The notes under the pieces are model-generated. The model saw only the letters and a list, made by a program, of their open reading frames with translations. It was not told the DNA's origin and ran no database searches. This document shows positions 25,084 to 34,692 of a stretch of 64,000 nucleotides of DNA, piece by piece (the stretch's first letter is position 1; the number at the start of each line of letters is the position of its first letter). The position numbers were made by a program, and so were the translations under genes. This DNA comes from an uncultured Candidatus Saccharibacteria bacterium (GTDB lineage: Bacteria > Patescibacteriota > UBA1384 > XYA2-FULL-43-10 > CAINNR01), in assembly GCA_964626415.1 (NCBI GenBank), contig CAZVFH010000001.1, positions 400-64,399 on the forward strand. Reading direction: 5' to 3'.

Positions 25084-25728
25084 ATGGGACAAAAAGTAAA
25101 TCCAATTAGCTGGAGAATCAAAGTCAACGGCGAGTGGCGATCAAAATGGTTTGGTCGCCGAAAGTTTTCCGATCTTTTAATTGAGGATTTTCGAATCAGA
25201 AAATATATTTCCGAGGAATTTAAAGTTGCCGGAATTGCCAATGTTTTGATCGATCGCGATGCAAATAAAATCACAGTGACAATAAAATCTGCCCGCCCAG
25301 GTGTTATTATTGGAAAAAGCGGAATTGGAGCGATAAAAATAAAAGACGGTGTTGAAAAGATTATTAAAAACTCTAAGGTTAAAATTAATATCGAAGAGGT
25401 TAAAAATCCTGACACGGTCGCAAGCATCATCGCCCAAAATATTGCTCTTCAGCTGGAAAAAAGAATGCCTTTTCGCAGAGCGATGAAGCAAGCAGTGGAA
25501 AAAGCTCAGCAATCAGGAATTTCCGGAATCAAAATTTCAATCAGTGGCCGCCTTAATGGAGCAGAAATTGCAAGGCAAGAAAAAGTTACCTTCGGCCTTG
25601 TCCCGCTTTCAACAATTAAAGCCGTAATTGATTACGCTTACTCAATAGCAAAAACCACCTACGGAGTAATTGGAATCAAGGTCTGGGTTTACAAGGGAAT
25701 AAATAAAACCAATCCGCTTTCTGAATAA
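25084..25728 (+). CDS. rpsC: 30S ribosomal protein S3
   Basis: MGQKVNPISWRI.. with KH domain. Confidence 0.95.
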   Translation: MGQKVNPISWRIKVNGEWRSKWFGRRKFSDLLIEDFRIRKYISEEFKVAGIANVLIDRDANKITVTIKSARPGVIIGKSGIGAIKIKDGVEKIIKNSKVKINIEEVKNPDTVASIIAQNIALQLEKRMPFRRAMKQAVEKAQQSGISGIKISISGRLNGAEIARQEKVTFGLVPLSTIKAVIDYAYSIAKTTYGVIGIKVWVYKGINKTNPLSE

Positions 25729-25743
25729 TTAAGAAGAGTAATT

Positions 25744-26148
25744 ATGTTGTTGCCAAAAAAAATGAAGCATCGAAAACATCATAGAGGGAAATTGCCAGGG
25801 GTTGCAACTCGTGGTTTTGAGCTTAACTTTGGTTCATTTGGCTTAAAGTCGCTAGCCGGCGGTTGGCTAACTGCCAGAGAGATTGAATCAGCCAGACGAG
25901 CAATGACCAGATATATCAAACGCGGCGGACAAATCTGGATTAGGATTTTTCCCGACAAACCAGTGACATTATCTTCTGCAGAAACACCAATGGGATCAGG
26001 AAAAGGTGCGGTTGACCACTTCGTCGCCTGCGTAAAACCGGGAACTGTCCTCTTTGAAATGGACGGTGTTCCGCTCGCAGATGCCAAAGAAGCAATGCGT
26101 CTTGCAATGTATAAACTGTCACTTAAAACAAAATTTATTTCAAAGTAA
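25744..26148 (+). CDS. rplP: 50S ribosomal protein L16
   Basis: [28 protein letters not shown]. Confidence 0.95.
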   Translation: MLLPKKMKHRKHHRGKLPGVATRGFELNFGSFGLKSLAGGWLTAREIESARRAMTRYIKRGGQIWIRIFPDKPVTLSSAETPMGSGKGAVDHFVACVKPGTVLFEMDGVPLADAKEAMRLAMYKLSLKTKFISK

Positions 26149-26160
26149 TTTTATCAAACA

Positions 26161-26376
26161 ATGAAAGATGAAAGCAGTAAAAATTTAAAGAATTTATCAA
26201 AAGATGATCTTATAAAGTCACTTCGCGACACAAGATCAAAGGTTTTTCAAATTCGTGTTGAGATTGCAAATAGAAATTTCAAGAATATTGCAAATATCTC
26301 AAAATATAAAAAAAATATTGCCAGAGCAATGACGCTATTAAATCAAAATAAGAGCACAACAGATGAAAGAAAATAA
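26161..26376 (+). CDS. rpmC: 50S ribosomal protein L29
   Basis: 71 aa. Assigned by position and helical L29-like sequence (..LRDTRSKVFQIRVE..). Confidence 0.8.
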   Translation: MKDESSKNLKNLSKDDLIKSLRDTRSKVFQIRVEIANRNFKNIANISKYKKNIARAMTLLNQNKSTTDERK

Positions 26377-26611
26377 TAAAAAATTCATTACCGGCCTGGT
26401 TATAAGTACCGCAATGAGAGATGCGCTGGTTGTTTCAGTTGAGCGAAAAAAAATGAATTCAATTTACAAAAAAAGCTTTAGAGTCAACAAGAAAATTAAA
26501 GCAGTTGCCGGTGATTTTGATCTTTCTGTTGGTGATATTGTCAAAATTTCTGAAATCAGACCAATGTCAAAGGATATTCACTTCAAAGTTATTTCCAAGG
26601 AGGGGAAATGA
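26363..26611 (+). CDS. rpsQ: 30S ribosomal protein S17
   Basis: GLVISTAMRDALVVSVERKKMNSIYKKSFRVNKK. Confidence 0.9.
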   Translation: MKENNKKFITGLVISTAMRDALVVSVERKKMNSIYKKSFRVNKKIKAVAGDFDLSVGDIVKISEIRPMSKDIHFKVISKEGK

Positions 26612-26973
26612 TCCAACCGGGAACACAACTTATCGTTGCCGACAACTGCGGTGCAAGAATTATCGAGTGTATTGCAACCCTTCATTCCGCTAAAAGAGAT
26701 GCTGCTCACATTGGTGAAATAATTTCTGCATCAGTTAAAATCGCTACTCCCCGCGCAACTGTCAAAAAGAAAGAAGTGGTTCGAGCAGTAATTGTTCGCC
26801 AACGAGCACCATATAAACGCAAGGACGGTTCACTTGTCAAATTTTCCGATAATGCTGCTGTCATCATTGATAAGGACGGCAATATTCGAGGTACTCGAGT
26901 TTTTGGACCAATCCCAAGAGAAATTCGTGATAATTTTATTAAAATAATTTCCCTTGCCTCAGAGGTGGTTTAA
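26608..26973 (+). CDS. rplN: 50S ribosomal protein L14
   Basis: MIQPGTQLIVADNCGAR. Confidence 0.97.
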   Translation: MIQPGTQLIVADNCGARIIECIATLHSAKRDAAHIGEIISASVKIATPRATVKKKEVVRAVIVRQRAPYKRKDGSLVKFSDNAAVIIDKDGNIRGTRVFGPIPREIRDNFIKIISLASEVV

Positions 26974-27294
26974 ATGAAAATCAAAAAAAATGACAATGTG
27001 CTTGTAATATCAGGAAGAGAGCGCGGTAAAACCGGAGCTGTTTCCTCGGTATTTCTCAGCGAAAACAAAATAACCATCACTGGCCTTAACATTGTCAAAA
27101 AATCACTAAAGCCGACAAAAAAAGCTCCAAAGGGTGGAATAATCGAAATAAATGCCAAAATTCCGTCAAGCAATGTCATGATCATTTGCCCAGGTTGCTC
27201 CAAGGCAACCAGAGCTAAATATCAGATAAAGGATAAGAGAAAAACCCGAGTTTGTAAAAAATGTCGTGCAGCAATGGATAATATTGTAAAATAA
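26974..27294 (+). CDS. rplX: 50S ribosomal protein L24
   Basis: MKIKKNDNVLVISGRERGKTG (KOW motif). Confidence 0.9.
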   Translation: MKIKKNDNVLVISGRERGKTGAVSSVFLSENKITITGLNIVKKSLKPTKKAPKGGIIEINAKIPSSNVMIICPGCSKATRAKYQIKDKRKTRVCKKCRAAMDNIVK

Positions 27295-27301
27295 TCTTAA
27301 A

Positions 27302-27856
27302 ATGAGTAGTTTTTTAAACCATTACAATTCAGAGATCAAAGATCAACTTATGTCGGAATTTGGATATAAGAATATTTTTGAAATTCCAAAAGTTGACAAA
27401 ATTTCAGTCAATATTGGTGTTGGCCGAATTAATGATTCAAAAGAACTTATGGAGCAAGCAAAAAAGTCACTTGCAAGAATCACCGGGCAGATTCCAGGCT
27501 TTAACAAGGCGAAAAAATCCATCTCCGGATTTAAATTAAGAGAGGGTCAAATTGTCGGTTTTTCAACCACTCTCCGCGGTAAAAGGATGTATGATTTTCT
27601 TGAGCGACTGATAACAATTTCACTTCCGAGAATTCGAGATTTCCGTGGCATAAGCAGTAAAAGCTTTGATAAGCAAGGAAATTTATCAATTGGAATTTCA
27701 GAAATCGGAATTTTTCCAGAAATTAATTTTGAAAACCAAAAAGAAAATATATCACTGGAAGTGAATATTAACATCTTAGCAAAAAATCAAGCAGAAGCAA
27801 GACATCTCCTCGAACTTTTTGGAGTTCCATTTACTAAAGAAAGCACAAAGGAATAA
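27302..27856 (+). CDS. rplE: 50S ribosomal protein L5
   Basis: Position plus ..[35 protein letters not shown]. Confidence 0.93.
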   Translation: MSSFLNHYNSEIKDQLMSEFGYKNIFEIPKVDKISVNIGVGRINDSKELMEQAKKSLARITGQIPGFNKAKKSISGFKLREGQIVGFSTTLRGKRMYDFLERLITISLPRIRDFRGISSKSFDKQGNLSIGISEIGIFPEINFENQKENISLEVNINILAKNQAEARHLLELFGVPFTKESTKE

Positions 27857-27857
27857 T

Positions 27858-28043
27858 ATGGCAAAAAAATCACAAGTTGTAAAATCAGAGAGTAAACCGA
27901 AGTTTTCGAGCAGAATTGTAAGACGCTGTCGCGTTTGCGGTCGAAGACGCGCTTTCCTGAGAAAATTTGGTCTTTGCCGTATCTGCTTCCGCGAGTTTGC
28001 TTCACGCGGTGACATTCCTGGTGTTGTTAAGTCCAGCTGGTAA
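27858..28043 (+). CDS. rpsN: 30S ribosomal protein S14, zinc-binding type Z (61 aa)
   Basis: [33 protein letters not shown] with two CxxC pairs. The upstream part of the track ORF overlaps rplE and is not used. Confidence 0.92.
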   Translation: MAKKSQVVKSESKPKFSSRIVRRCRVCGRRRAFLRKFGLCRICFREFASRGDIPGVVKSSW

Positions 28044-28187
28044 TAAAATAATTCAAAATGCAAAATGCAAAGTTCAAAATTGAGGTAGTCAGATTTTCTT
28101 GTCAGAATAAACATGTCAACAATGTTACGAAAAACCATGCACGGAATACTTATAACGATTTAAAAATTGATTTTTAAATTTTTTATC

Positions 28188-28565
28188 ATGGATCCGATCG
28201 CAAATTTACTGACTTCAATTAGAAACGGAATTGCCTCTGGCTGTGACTCTATTTCAGTTGCCGACTCAAAAATCAAAGTTGCAATTTGTGCAATTTTGAG
28301 GAGTAAGGGAGTTATCTCTAATTTTGAAATTAAAGAAGAAGCAGGAAAAAAGTTTTTACATATCGACATCTGCTCTGTTTCCAAAAAATTCCACTTAAAA
28401 AGAATTAGCAAACCAAGCAGAAAAGTATACATTAAATCAAAAAATTTAAAATCACCACTTTCTGGATTTGGATTTTACATACTTTCAACTCCAAAAGGAA
28501 TAATTACCGACAGGGAGGCACGAAAGATTGGTGTTGGCGGTGAATTAATTTGTGAAATTTGGTAA
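28188..28565 (+). CDS. rpsH: 30S ribosomal protein S8
   Basis: MDPIANLLTSIRNG. Confidence 0.93.
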   Translation: MDPIANLLTSIRNGIASGCDSISVADSKIKVAICAILRSKGVISNFEIKEEAGKKFLHIDICSVSKKFHLKRISKPSRKVYIKSKNLKSPLSGFGFYILSTPKGIITDREARKIGVGGELICEIW

Positions 28566-28571
28566 ATTATT

Positions 28572-29111
28572 ATGAGCAGAATAGGAAAAAAATTAATAAA
28601 TATCCCGGAAGGAATCTCTGTCAGTGAAAATGCTGGCCTAGTTTTAGTAAAGAAAGCTGAAATCGAAAAAAAGTTCCTTCTTCCAGAGAAAATTTCTCTC
28701 GATATATCTGATTCTGGAATTTTAGTCAAAAGAAGTGATGATAGTAAAATTGCCCGATCACTTCATGGCACGGCAAACAGAATAATTGCTAACATGATTC
28801 AAGGAATTGAACATGGTTTTGAAAAAAAACTTTCATATAAAGGCGTTGGTTTTACAGTTGCGGTAAACGATAATCGACTCAGTATGCGCCTCGGTTATTC
28901 TCATCTTGTCGAAATTGAAATTCCAAAAAATATTAATCTGAAAATCGAGAAAAATATTATCAGAATCTTCGGAAGCGATAAAAACGCCGTTGGTGATTTT
29001 GCCGCTGATGTCCGCGATCTTAAAAAACCGGAGGTTTATAAAGGAAAAGGAATTAAATATTCTGATGAAGTTATCCGGAAGAAAGCCGGCAAAACCGCTC
29101 AATCAGCGTAA
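28572..29111 (+). CDS. rplF: 50S ribosomal protein L6
   Basis: MSRIGKKLINIPEGISV. Confidence 0.93.
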   Translation: MSRIGKKLINIPEGISVSENAGLVLVKKAEIEKKFLLPEKISLDISDSGILVKRSDDSKIARSLHGTANRIIANMIQGIEHGFEKKLSYKGVGFTVAVNDNRLSMRLGYSHLVEIEIPKNINLKIEKNIIRIFGSDKNAVGDFAADVRDLKKPEVYKGKGIKYSDEVIRKKAGKTAQSA

Positions 29112-29120
29112 GACAATATC

Positions 29121-29432
29121 ATGACAAATTTAAAACAAAGCAAAAAGAATACTAGCAAGATTTCAAGAGATCGTCTTTTGGTATATTCTTCCAATACCAA
29201 CTTTTTCGCCCAAATTTTAGCTCTTGATGGTAAAGTGCTTGTATCCGCAAATAGCTTAAAATTAAAGGCTAAATCAAAAAGCGAAAAGGCGACTTTGGTT
29301 GGCAATGAAATTGCAAAGATCGCCAAAGTGAAAAAAATCTTCTATGTATTTCTTGATCGAAATGGAAAAAAATATCACGGCATAATCAAGGCCTTTGCCG
29401 AAGCCGCAAGAAGCGGTGGATTAAAATTTTAA
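29121..29432 (+). CDS. rplR: 50S ribosomal protein L18
   Basis: Position plus ..RLLVYSSNTNFFAQIL..DRNGKKYHGIIKAFAEAARSGGLKF. Confidence 0.88.
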   Translation: MTNLKQSKKNTSKISRDRLLVYSSNTNFFAQILALDGKVLVSANSLKLKAKSKSEKATLVGNEIAKIAKVKKIFYVFLDRNGKKYHGIIKAFAEAARSGGLKF

Positions 29433-29436
29433 TATT

Positions 29437-30042
29437 ATGGATAAAAACAGAGAAAAAATTGAAGGAAAGCAAAAAAATTCAGAGTTTGATGAAAAGGTTT
29501 TAGATATTGCCCGCGTCTCCAGAGTGGTAAAAGGCGGACGCAGAATGCGTTTTCGGGCGCTTGTTGTCATTGGAAATAGAAATGGAAAAATCGGTTATGG
29601 ACTTGCTAAGGCAGGCGAAATTTCTGTCGCCGTAAAAAAAGCAGTAACAAGAGCAAAAAAACAGCTGATTGTCGTGCCGATAATTAACGGAACAATCCCG
29701 TATCAAGTTTATACCGAACTTGGAAGCGCGAAGGTATTTTTGAAACCGGCAAAAGAGGGGACATCCATTGTTGCCGGTGGAGTTGTTAGAGCTATCGCTG
29801 AACTTGCTGGTATTAAAAACCTGGTTTCCAAGGTTATGGGTACTCCGAATAAAACCAATAATACTGCAGCCACATTTCAGGCTTTATCAAATTTTGATCA
29901 AGGAATTGTAAAAAAATTGGAAGATCGGGCTAAAAACCGGGCTGAAAAAAAACCTCAGGCAGATAATGTAAATATAATTCAAAATAAATCGCTAGACAAA
30001 AAGGCTAAAAATGAAACTCCACGAACTGAAAAAGTCAAATAA
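29437..30042 (+). CDS. rpsE: 30S ribosomal protein S5 (C-terminal extension)
   Basis: [33 protein letters not shown]. Confidence 0.93.
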   Translation: MDKNREKIEGKQKNSEFDEKVLDIARVSRVVKGGRRMRFRALVVIGNRNGKIGYGLAKAGEISVAVKKAVTRAKKQLIVVPIINGTIPYQVYTELGSAKVFLKPAKEGTSIVAGGVVRAIAELAGIKNLVSKVMGTPNKTNNTAATFQALSNFDQGIVKKLEDRAKNRAEKKPQADNVNIIQNKSLDKKAKNETPRTEKVK

Positions 30043-30469
30043 AACCAAAGATAAAAAACGAGTTGGGCGCGGAATTTCTGCCGGTGGCGGGAAAACTGCC
30101 GGACGCGGAACAAAAGGTCAAAAATCCAGATCTGGCTTTAATTTGCCAAGAAAATTTGAAGGTGGGCAAACCCCGATTATTATGCGCCTGCCTAAACTTA
30201 AAGGCTTTAAATCAACTTCAAACAAAGTTACTCTAACTTTTTCTGATATAAATCGAAATTTCAAAGATGATGATTCGCTTTCAAGAGAATCATTAATCGC
30301 AAAAAATCTAATTAAAAAAACAGATAAAGTCAAGATCGTTGCCACTGGAGAATTAACTGTAAAAATTAAATTGATTGACATTCCGGCTTCGAAAAAAGCA
30401 AAAGAAATAATTGAAAAGTTTTTGATTAGAGAAAATAAAAGTAAGAAACTGTTTAATAACTACTCTTGA
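30011..30469 (+). CDS. rplO: 50S ribosomal protein L15 (follows S5 directly; no L30 gene)
   Basis: [34 protein letters not shown]. Confidence 0.92.
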   Translation: MKLHELKKSNKTKDKKRVGRGISAGGGKTAGRGTKGQKSRSGFNLPRKFEGGQTPIIMRLPKLKGFKSTSNKVTLTFSDINRNFKDDDSLSRESLIAKNLIKKTDKVKIVATGELTVKIKLIDIPASKKAKEIIEKFLIRENKSKKLFNNYS

Positions 30470-30473
30470 AGGT

Positions 30474-30600
30474 AGAAACGAGAGCATTTTGAGCGAAAAA
30501 TGAAAAGTTTAAGGAAAAGTAGTTTTAACTACTTTGACGAGAAATTTTCATTTTGCAGCCCTGCCTGCCGGCAGGCAGGCAAAATGAATCGTTTCTAACT
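30474..30600. repeat. Nested hairpin element with a 20-nt GC-rich perfect palindrome core (CCTGCCTGCC/GGCAGGCAGG, 30560-30579)
   Basis: Outer arms AGAAACGAGAGCATTTTG / CAAAATGAATCGTTTCT. Inner arms CATTTTG / CAAAATG around the GC core. Confidence 0.7.
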
Positions 30601-30643
30601 ATCAGATGTAGTTATTAAATAGTTTCTAAGGTGAAAAAAGAAG

Positions 30644-31912
30644 ATGCTTGAAAAAATTTGGCAATACAAGGATTTAAGATATAAAATTATTGTTGTTTTT
30701 GCCCTATTGGTTGTTTCACGGATTATCGCTCACATACCGCTTCCGGGAGTTGATCTTCTGGCGCTCCGTAATTTCTTCGGACAAAACCAGATTTTTGGAC
30801 TTCTCAATATGTTTTCCGGGGGGACATTGAGTAATTTTTCCATCGCCCTTATGGGTGTCGGACCATACATTACCGCTTCGATCGTTTTCCAACTTCTCGG
30901 TATGATCTGGCCTAAAATCGAAGAGTTGCAAAAAGAGGGCGAGTCCGGTCGGCGAAAAATCAATCAATATACCCGTCTTTTAACCGTTCCACTAGCGATT
31001 ATTCAGGGATATTCAATGTTATTTCTTTTAAAATCTCAGGGAATTTTGCAGTCGTGGACAATTTATCAACTTATCATTATGCTAATTTCCATCACCGCCG
31101 GCAGTTTAATTCTGATGTGGATCGGTGAAATTATCACTGAAAAAGGGATCGGAAATGGCGTCTCCTTAATTATTTCAATTGGCATTCTTTCCGGTCTTCC
31201 GACGCAAATTAGAAATACCGCTTCATTGATATCAGTCGGTGATGTCGGGAAAATTATTAGCTTAATTGCCTTTATCTTAATTACGATTTTAGTAGTTGCC
31301 GTCATCGTCCTTATCACTGAGGGTCAGCGGAACATTCCGGTTTCTTATGCCCGAAGATCGCGCGGAATTAAATCATATTCTAATGTTGAAACATTCCTGC
31401 CGGTGCGTGTTAATACTGCCGGCGTTATTCCGATTATTTTTGCCATGAGTTTAATGGTAATTCCCGGAGTTTTGGCTAAATTTTTGACCAGTTCAAAAAC
31501 CGTCTGGATTGTTTCCTCGGCAGAATTTACCGATAAACTTTTTAAAAACAACTTGTTTTATGGAATTTTTTACTTCTTTTTGGTTGTCGCTTTCACCTAC
31601 TTTTACACTTCGGTTGTTTTTAAACCCGACCAAGTCGCTGAAAATCTGCAGAAACAGGGCGGATTTATTCCAGGGATTCGGCCGGGGTCAGAGACGATAA
31701 AATTTTTAGCTAATACCGTTATTCGAATTACTTTAACTTCCTCAATATTCCTTGGACTTATCGCCGTTTTGCCATTTATTGTTCAGGCAATAACTAAGGT
31801 AAATACTCTTGTCATTGGCGGCACCGGCATCTTAATCGTTGTTTCCGTTGTCATCGAGACCTACTCGCAACTTATGGCCCAACTCTCGACTCACACATAC
31901 GAGAACTATTAA
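30644..31912 (+). CDS. secY: Preprotein translocase subunit SecY
   Basis: 422 aa, 10-TM pattern. ..IPLPGVD..FSGGTLSNFSIALMGVGPYITASIVFQLL.. Confidence 0.95.
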   Translation: MLEKIWQYKDLRYKIIVVFALLVVSRIIAHIPLPGVDLLALRNFFGQNQIFGLLNMFSGGTLSNFSIALMGVGPYITASIVFQLLGMIWPKIEELQKEGESGRRKINQYTRLLTVPLAIIQGYSMLFLLKSQGILQSWTIYQLIIMLISITAGSLILMWIGEIITEKGIGNGVSLIISIGILSGLPTQIRNTASLISVGDVGKIISLIAFILITILVVAVIVLITEGQRNIPVSYARRSRGIKSYSNVETFLPVRVNTAGVIPIIFAMSLMVIPGVLAKFLTSSKTVWIVSSAEFTDKLFKNNLFYGIFYFFLVVAFTYFYTSVVFKPDQVAENLQKQGGFIPGIRPGSETIKFLANTVIRITLTSSIFLGLIAVLPFIVQAITKVNTLVIGGTGILIVVSVVIETYSQLMAQLSTHTYENY

Positions 31913-31948
31913 AAAATGCCAACATAAACTGCTAGCATTGATTTATCA

Positions 31949-32350
31949 CTAATGAATATTTGGATCGGTATATTCAGCCATCCCATCTTGCCACGATGAC
32001 GGAAAAAGTCGAACCCAGACCCAATAACGTATACTAATTCTTTCTGAATTTGCCATCTGCCATACAAGGCCTTTTAATTCCTCAAAGATTTTTTTTCTTC
32101 GTTCGTTGAGATTTGTCATTCTTGAATTGTAATAATCAGCATCAACGACAAATTCCAAATCATACCCTTGATGTTGCTCATACTTGCATTGTGGTTTCAG
32201 TGTGTATTCGACATCTTTTGCCACAAGTTGGCCATCTGCTTCATCACAACTAAGTTCTTTTGCAACAATAAACGGAATATCATGGAATCGAACGCGATGT
32301 TTTCTGGGGTGAATTTTTCCAGGGTTGTATATTATCGTTACTAGCGGCAT
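31949..32350 (-). CDS. Hypothetical protein on the opposite strand between secY and adk
   Basis: 133 aa. Strong SD (AAGGAGGTGG) and own promoter. The N-terminus MPLVTIIY (Pro after the initiator Met) hints at the tautomerase superfamily, but this is unverified. Confidence 0.55.
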   Translation of the reverse strand: MPLVTIIYNPGKIHPRKHRVRFHDIPFIVAKELSCDEADGQLVAKDVEYTLKPQCKYEQHQGYDLEFVVDADYYNSRMTNLNERRKKIFEELKGLVWQMANSERISIRYWVWVRLFPSSWQDGMAEYTDPNIH

Positions 32351-32374
32351 ACAACCACCTCCTTGGATGTTTAG

Positions 32375-32403
32375 AATATATCAAACTTTTAAATCATTGT
32401 CAA
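32375..32403 (-). promoter_or_regulatory. Promoter TTGACA-N17-TATATT for the 31949-32350 gene
   Basis: Read on the minus strand: TTGACAatgatttaaaagtttgaTATATT. Confidence 0.45.
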
Positions 32404-32495
32404 TAGTGATTTTTTGGTTTTAATCTGGTAAAGTAATGATATCTGATGAGCGATTTTATCTTTCTTTTGGATAATCAATAATATGGGGAGGTTTT

Positions 32496-32660
32496 ATGAC
32501 AAAAAAGCGAGCAAATTTAATTACAAATGCCGATAATGAATTGATTGAAGTTAACTCTTTTTTACACACCGATGAAGAGCATAAGGATTGGTACAAGCCC
32601 AATGTTATGGGCAAACAACTCGGCAAGCCAAAATACGACCTAAGGGAAACAAAGAAGTAG
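32496..32660 (+). CDS. Small hypothetical protein (54 aa)
   Basis: GGGGAGG SD 5 nt upstream. MTKKRANLITNADNELIEVNSFLHTDEEHKDWYKPNVMGKQLGKPKYDLRETKK*. Confidence 0.4.
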   Translation: MTKKRANLITNADNELIEVNSFLHTDEEHKDWYKPNVMGKQLGKPKYDLRETKK

Positions 32661-32701
32661 AAAAAATAATAATCATATCATAGAACTATAAAATAGTTAT
32701 A

Positions 32702-32834
32702 TCCTTGAATTACGAAATTGATTATATTGTCCGTCATCCCCGACCTGATCGGGGATCCGCTAATAGTAAAACTCAACTATGAGTGGATTCCCGCCTTCGC
32801 GGGAATGACAGAAGCTGAAGTTCGTAATTCAAGG
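32702..32834. repeat. MITE/REP-like nested-palindrome element, copy 2
   Basis: TIRs ATCCTTGAATTACGAAAT / AGTTCGTAATTCAAGGTAAT. Inner hairpins GTCATCCCCGA..TCGGGGATC and GGATTCCCGC..GCGGGAATGAC. Confidence 0.75.
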
Positions 32835-32860
32835 TAATTAAGAACAACAAGAGGAGGAAT

Positions 32861-33040
32861 ATGAGTAAACGTGACATTATTAAAATCGGCAAAAAAAGTC
32901 ATTATGCTGTCAGAGACAAAGAAGGTAAATTTGTCGATATTGTAAATATCGGCAAATCGATTGACGAAGATAAAAAAGTGAAGTCAAAAAAAACCGTCAA
33001 GCCCGGCCATGGTCACGAAGGTGATTTAAAGAAGAAATAA
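32861..33040 (+). CDS. Small basic hypothetical protein (59 aa)
   Basis: GAGGAGG SD 3 nt upstream. MSKRDIIKIGKKSHYAVRDKEGKFVDIVNIGKSIDEDKKVKSKKTVKPGHGHEGDLKKK*. Confidence 0.45.
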   Translation: MSKRDIIKIGKKSHYAVRDKEGKFVDIVNIGKSIDEDKKVKSKKTVKPGHGHEGDLKKK

Positions 33041-33062
33041 TTTTTATTCTTGACCTTTATAT

Positions 33063-33090
33063 CACTACTTAACTACGTAGTTGAGTAGTG
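33063..33090. repeat. 28-nt palindrome CACTACTTAACTAC/GTAGTTGAGTAGTG (1 mismatch), upstream of adk
   Basis: Same family as 12577-12614 and 12935-12970. Confidence 0.9.
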
Positions 33091-33153
33091 AAAATTGATT
33101 CTTTTTGCCTTAGTCGTAGTGATTTTTATCGTCTGATTTGTTAAAGTAAAATT

Positions 33154-33795
33154 ATGGGAAAAAGAAAAACATTTGTTGTGCTTGGGCTTCCGGCTTCGGG
33201 GAAGGGAACGCAAGCGGAAATTTTGGCAGAAAAAGTCGGCGCCGAGATTATTGGTGTCGGCAATTTAGTGCGGGTGGAAATTGAACAAGGTAATTCACAA
33301 AGTCGGCGCTTTAAAAAAATCAAAGAAAATTATGACAAAGGCATTCCCCAAGAAGATGAATTGACAGAAGAGCTTTTTGACCAAGCAGTGGCAAAATCAA
33401 AAGGTAATTTGATTTTTGATAACTACCCCTTCTCTGCTAATCAATTTCTTTTTTTTCAAGAGTTATTAAAAAAATATAATTTTGAATTGCCAAAAATAAT
33501 ATATATTAAAATTGATCCCGAGTCAGCAATAAGCAGAATTAAGACCCGCTTGGTCTGTGACAGATGCAAATTTGTCTATTTAAGCGGTAATGTCGGCGAT
33601 AATTGTCAAAAATGTAGCGGTAAGTTAATTAAAAGATCAGATGATATGCCAAAGATTATGCAAGAGCGGGTAAATTTTGCTCAGCCAAGAATCGATTTAG
33701 TGATTGAAAAATTCAAAAGTATCGGGCAGGTTTTTGAAATTGACGGCGAGAAACCGATCCCCGATGTTTCCGCTCAAATTGATAAAGTAATATAA
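33154..33795 (+). CDS. adk: Adenylate kinase (zinc-lid type)
   Basis: GLPASGKGTQAEILAEK P-loop. Lid with CDRC..x14..CQKC. Confidence 0.92.
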   Translation: MGKRKTFVVLGLPASGKGTQAEILAEKVGAEIIGVGNLVRVEIEQGNSQSRRFKKIKENYDKGIPQEDELTEELFDQAVAKSKGNLIFDNYPFSANQFLFFQELLKKYNFELPKIIYIKIDPESAISRIKTRLVCDRCKFVYLSGNVGDNCQKCSGKLIKRSDDMPKIMQERVNFAQPRIDLVIEKFKSIGQVFEIDGEKPIPDVSAQIDKVI

Positions 33796-33801
33796 ATTAA
33801 T

Positions 33802-34566
33802 ATGCCAGCAGTTCTTTCGTCTGACGAAATCACAAAACTTAGGAGATCAGGCAAAATTTTAGCAGCGGCTCTGGAAGAGACCGTTTCTTTTGTAAAAGCC
33901 GGAATTTCCACAGAGGCTTTAAATGATATAGCTGAAAAAGCTCTTCGCCGAGAGGGAGCGACGCCATCTTTTAAAAATTATTTTATCAAAGGTTCAGGCC
34001 GTTTTCCATCGGCTTTGTGCGTTTCAATAAACTCTGAACTTGTTCACGGGATTCCGAGTAGTAAAAGAGTGCTAAAACAAGGAGATATTGTCTCGCTTGA
34101 TCTTGGAGCAAACTATCAAGGAATTTTTAGCGATATGGCAAAAACCGTAGCTGTGATGAAGGCAACTGCCGAAGATCAAAAAATGATTTTCGTCACAAAC
34201 AAAGCTTTGAATTTGGCAGTTTCCTCAATTAATCCCGCAAGAACCACCGGCGACATTGGCAATATTATTGAAAAATATGTAGCGTCTGAAGGTTTTGTTG
34301 TAATCAAAAACCTTGTTGGACATGGCATTGGCAAAGCCCCACATGAAGATCCACAAATCCCTAATTTTGGCAAACCAGGCGAAGGAGTGAAATTTCAAGA
34401 AAATTGCGCTTATGCAATTGAGCCGATGGTTGCAATCAAAAATAACAAGATAATTACCGCACCGGACCACTGGACAATCAAAATGAAAAATGGCGGAAAT
34501 TGTGCTCATTTTGAACAGACAATTTTGGTAACTAATGATGGCGCCGAACTTATTAGCAAAATTTAA
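33802..34566 (+). CDS. map: Methionine aminopeptidase, type I
   Basis: 254 aa. ..GDIVSLDLGA..GHGIG..EPMV.. metal-ligand pattern. Position after adk. Confidence 0.93.
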   Translation: MPAVLSSDEITKLRRSGKILAAALEETVSFVKAGISTEALNDIAEKALRREGATPSFKNYFIKGSGRFPSALCVSINSELVHGIPSSKRVLKQGDIVSLDLGANYQGIFSDMAKTVAVMKATAEDQKMIFVTNKALNLAVSSINPARTTGDIGNIIEKYVASEGFVVIKNLVGHGIGKAPHEDPQIPNFGKPGEGVKFQENCAYAIEPMVAIKNNKIITAPDHWTIKMKNGGNCAHFEQTILVTNDGAELISKI

Positions 34567-34692
34567 TCTGAATATTTACCTAGATATACTTTTCTAAAAA
34601 CATTAAATGCAAAATTTATCTTGTTCTGGACTAGATAAATCAATACTTTAATTATTGACATTTAATTAGTTTTTTGCTACAATTACATCTGT

